This document shows positions 60,333-64,000 of a stretch of DNA of 64,000 nt, piece after piece. Every line of letters begins with the position of its first letter. Position 1 is the stretch's first letter. Where the stretch lies: positions 10,844,589-10,908,588 of the forward strand of contig NC_081362.1 in assembly GCF_030684315.1 (NCBI RefSeq). The letters are read 5' to 3'. The position numbers were made by a program, and so were the translations under genes. This stretch comes from Stegostoma tigrinum (Eukaryota). The notes beneath the pieces are model-generated. The model was not told the origin of the DNA and searched no databases. It saw only the letters and a program-made list of their open reading frames with translations.

Positions 60333-62446
60333 CAGATAACAAAGTGTGGGGCTGGGTGAACACAGCAGGCCAAGCAGCATCTTAGGAGCACAAAAGCTGA
60401 TGTTTCGGGCCTAGACCCTTCATCAGAAAAGAGGGATGGGGAGAGGATTCTGAAATAAATAGGGAGAGAGGGGGAGGCGGACCGAAGGTTGATAGAGGAG
60501 AAGATAGGTGGAGAGGAGAGTATGGGTGGGGAGGTAGGGAGGGGATAGGTCAGTCCGGGGAGGACGGGCGGATCAAGGGGGCAGGATGAGGTTAGTAGGT
60601 GGGAAATGGAAGCACGGCTTTAGGTGGGTGGAGGGGATACGGGAGAGGAAGAACAGGTTAGGGAGATGGGGACAAGCTGTGCTGGTTTTGGGATGCGGTG
60701 GGGGAAGGGGAGATTTTGAAGCTGGTGAAATCCACATTGATACCATTGGGCCGCAGGGTTCCCAAGCGGAATATGAGTTGCTGTTCCTGCAACCTTCAGG
60801 TGGCATCATTGTGGCACTGCAGGAGGCCCATGATGGACATGTCGTCTAAGGAATGGGAGGGAGAGTTGAAATGGTTCGTGACTGGGAGGTGCAGTTGTTT
60901 ATTGCAAACCGAGCGTAGGTGTTCTGCAAAGCAGTTCCCAAGCCTCCACTTGATTTCCCCAGTGTACAGGAAGCCCAACGGGAACAGCGGATACAGTATA
61001 CCACATTGGCAGATGTGCAGGTGAACATCTGCTTGATGTGGAAAGTCATCTTGGGGCCTGGGATGGGGGTGAGGGGGGAGGTGTGAGGGCAAGTGTAGCA
61101 CTTCCTGCAGTTGCAGGGGAAGGTGCCGGGTGTGGTGGGGTTGGAGGGGAGTGTGGAGCGGACAAGGGAGTCACGGAGAGAGTGGTCTTTCCGTAAGGCA
61201 GACAAGGGTGGGGATGGAAAAATGCTTTTGGTGGTGGGGTCGGATTGGAGATGGTGGAAGTGTTGGAGGATGATGCATTGTATCTGGAGATTGGTGGGGT
61301 GGTATGTGAGGACGAGAGGGATTCTGTTTTGGCGGTTATTGCGGGGGCGGGGTGTGCAGGATGAGTTGCGGAAAATGCGGGAGACACAGTTGACGGCGCT
61401 GTCGACCACCGCGGGGGGGATCTTGCGGTCCTTGAAGAACGAGGACATCTGGGATGTACAGGCGTGGAATGCCTCATCCTGGGAGCAGATGCGGCGGAGG
61501 CGAATGAATTGGGAATAGGGGATGGAATTTTTGCAGGAAGGTGGGTGGGAGGAGGTGTATTCTAGGTAGCTGTGGGAGTCGGTGGGCTTGAAATGGACCA
61601 GTTTCTAGCTGGTTGCCTGAGATGGAGACAAAGATGTCCAGGAAGATGAGGGATGTGTTGGAGATGGTCCAGGTGAACTTAAGGTTGGGTTGGAAGGTGT
61701 TGGTGAAGTGGATGAACTGTTCGAGCTCCTCTTGGGAACACGAGGCCGCGCCGATACAATCATCAATGTAATGGAGGAAGAGGTGGGATTTGGGGCCAGT
61801 GTAGGTGTGGAAGATGGACTGTTCCACCTAACCTACAAAGAGGCAGGCATAGCTTGGGCCCATGCGGGTACCCATAGCCACCCCTTTTGTCTGTAGGAAG
61901 TGGGAGGAATTGAAAGAGAAGTTGTTGAAGGTGAGGACAAGTTCGGCTAGGCAGATGAGTGTGTCGGTGGAGAGGGACTGGTCGGGTCTGCGGGACAGGA
62001 AGAAGCGGATGGCCTTTATGCCATCTGTATGGGGAATGCAGGTGGATAGGGACTGGATGTCCATGGTGAAAATGAGGTGTTGGGGACTGGGGAATTGGAA
62101 GTTCTGGAGGAGGTGGAGGGCGTGGGTGGTGTCACGGACGTAGGTAATGAGTTCCTGGACCAAGGGGGAGAAAATGGAGTCCAGATAGGTGGAGATGAGT
62201 TTGGTGGGGCAGGAGCAGGCGGAGACAATGGATTGACCAGGGCAGGCAGGTTTGTGGATTTTGGGAAGGAGATAGAAGCGGGCGGTGCGGGATTGGGGAA
62301 CAATGAGGTTGGAGGCTGTGAGTAGGAGGTCTAGCCCCAAAACATCAGCTTTTGTGCTCCTAAGATGCTGCTTGGCCTGCTGTGTTCAACCAGTTCCACA
62401 CTTTGTTATCTCGGATTTTCCAGCATCTGCAGTTCCCATTATCTCT
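60333..62446 (-). mobile_element. 5'-truncated Penelope-like element (family A) with disrupted ORF and inverted tailed arm (62330-62446)
   Basis: Collinear with the 42.5-44.6 kb copy; stop at 61828 and frameshifts. TSD attcagggaa(ca/tg)c at 60320-60332 / 62447-62459. Confidence 0.92.
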
Positions 62447-64000
62447 ATTCAGGGAATGCTGCCCAATTGTTGAATCACATCTAAAATTGGACAGTGTCTC
62501 GAGTTATCCCAGCAGAGATGTCGGATACAATTTTACGATTTCTATATACCTAACAACATTCAGTCTTTTCTGGTCCAGAGAAAAGTGCGGCAGCCTGTTC
62601 AGTCTTTCTTCATTCCAGTATTAGAATATGAGGCAGGGCTTTGGCTCCAGAATAGGATGAGAAAGGAGGCAGGCAAGTGTGCAATCACAGCCAACACAGT
62701 TACAGTCCTGGCCAATTTCCCCAAGGTAGGATCAGACATTGAGCAGCTACCATCATGAAGCTTGCTAAGTCAGTTAAGGCCATTGATTGCTCTAATTACC
62801 TCCAGAATGATGCTGGAAACTGGGGGCATTTATAATCTCAATTATGATACAGGTTCTGACAGGTCACTTTGACATCCTTCCTTTCTCTTGCTTGCATTGA
62901 CAGGCTACAGCTCCCTCAATGTTACTAGACAGCGTTCTCCAGCTGAATGACCACCCCTCTCAATTGAATGGTGAGCTCTAACCAATCATTAGTAAACCTG
63001 GCCAAAAAAAGACTTGATGAAGGATTACTATTCCCAACAAAATATAGGGACATGATCTGCATTTGACCACAGGAGATTCTGACTCAAAACAGAAAATACT
63101 TCCCATGGGAACCGCTTTGCTACTGATAGGCTATTTTCTACTTGAAGACACTCAGAAAAATGGTATCGGTAGCAGATATTAGAAATTGCATCATTTACAA
63201 AGGCACAAAAATTGTGTTGTTTCATCAGCTCTTACATTCACAAAAAAAAATTTGAATTCCATAGAAATCTACCTGTAAGTACACATACAGGGAATTTTGA
63301 TACACCCCTCATTGTAAGAAACCAGTGAAATCACTTGCACTGTGAAATAGACAACTGTGCAGAGATGATGTGGAACTGAAATAGCTAAAGGTAGTGCAAT
63401 TAAATGGGGACCATACCACTTTTTGCTGACAAAATAGCAATATCACTGAAAATGTACGAAATAGAAATATCACCATGATAAAGTGAAAACATGTTTCATC
63501 AGTTTGGAACTTTGACATGTTTGGCCAATGCACTGGCATCTGGGGCAATTTTAGTCCCATCTCTTCTGGGGTGAAATGGATTGCTTTCAATTAAAGCCAA
63601 AAATGGATCACCATGTTGCTGCTCCATTGCTTCTGGCCATGCAAACCTCTCATGGACCAGCCCATTCCAGGGTTCAACCATTGACAAGCCTGTCTTCAGT
63701 TACCCTCTGAATACCCTCTGAAAACCTTCCGACTCTCTAACTTCGCTGGCAAGCTCTCCCCCCACTACACCCCCCACACAACTGATGTCATTGTCTAATA
63801 GGGATCAGGAACAACACACACCTGCAGGGAGCAGTTACCTGGCAGTGGTTTTCTTAAAATTAGCCAGTTAGTAGCCAGGAGTAGACTCAGCATTCAGCTA
63901 AGGGGAGTGGAAAATCTTGTCAAGTTGGAGGACCAATACAAGGACTACCAGCTCAGAAGAAATAGCACCTTTCAGTTAAGTAAGGGAGAGGGCATATCCT

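Noticed and set aside
62500-64000. Possible exons of a further gene at the right end
   Set aside because: Only short ORFs with no recognisable similarity or convincing paired splice sites.

Overview
Vertebrate genomic DNA, almost certainly from a shark or ray (V-SINE/HE1-like SINEs, abundant CR1 LINEs and Penelope-like elements); the species cannot be fixed from the sequence alone. The window holds the MCM8-TRMT6-CHGB block in the same arrangement as human. It contains a probable first coding exon of MCM8 (- strand, 4857-4980), a CpG-island bidirectional promoter, a complete 11-exon TRMT6 (+, 6216-28172, 488 aa) and a complete 5-exon chromogranin B (-, 50423-33821, 643 aa) with a near-consensus REST/RE1 site in intron 1. 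The rest is largely retroelement-derived, plus one 618-N assembly gap. The most notable signal is about 20 Penelope-like (PLE) insertions from two main families that carry minimal hammerhead-ribozyme cores. They range from ~95-bp cassettes and ~200-280-bp fold-back palindromes to a 2.1-kb copy with an uninterrupted RT+GIY-YIG frame, mostly with 10-15-bp target-site duplications (TSDs). Every clearly two-armed copy pairs one tailed end with one tail-less end, suggesting twin priming from two fixed RNA sites. All calls were made by eye and family names are from recognition, not database searches.
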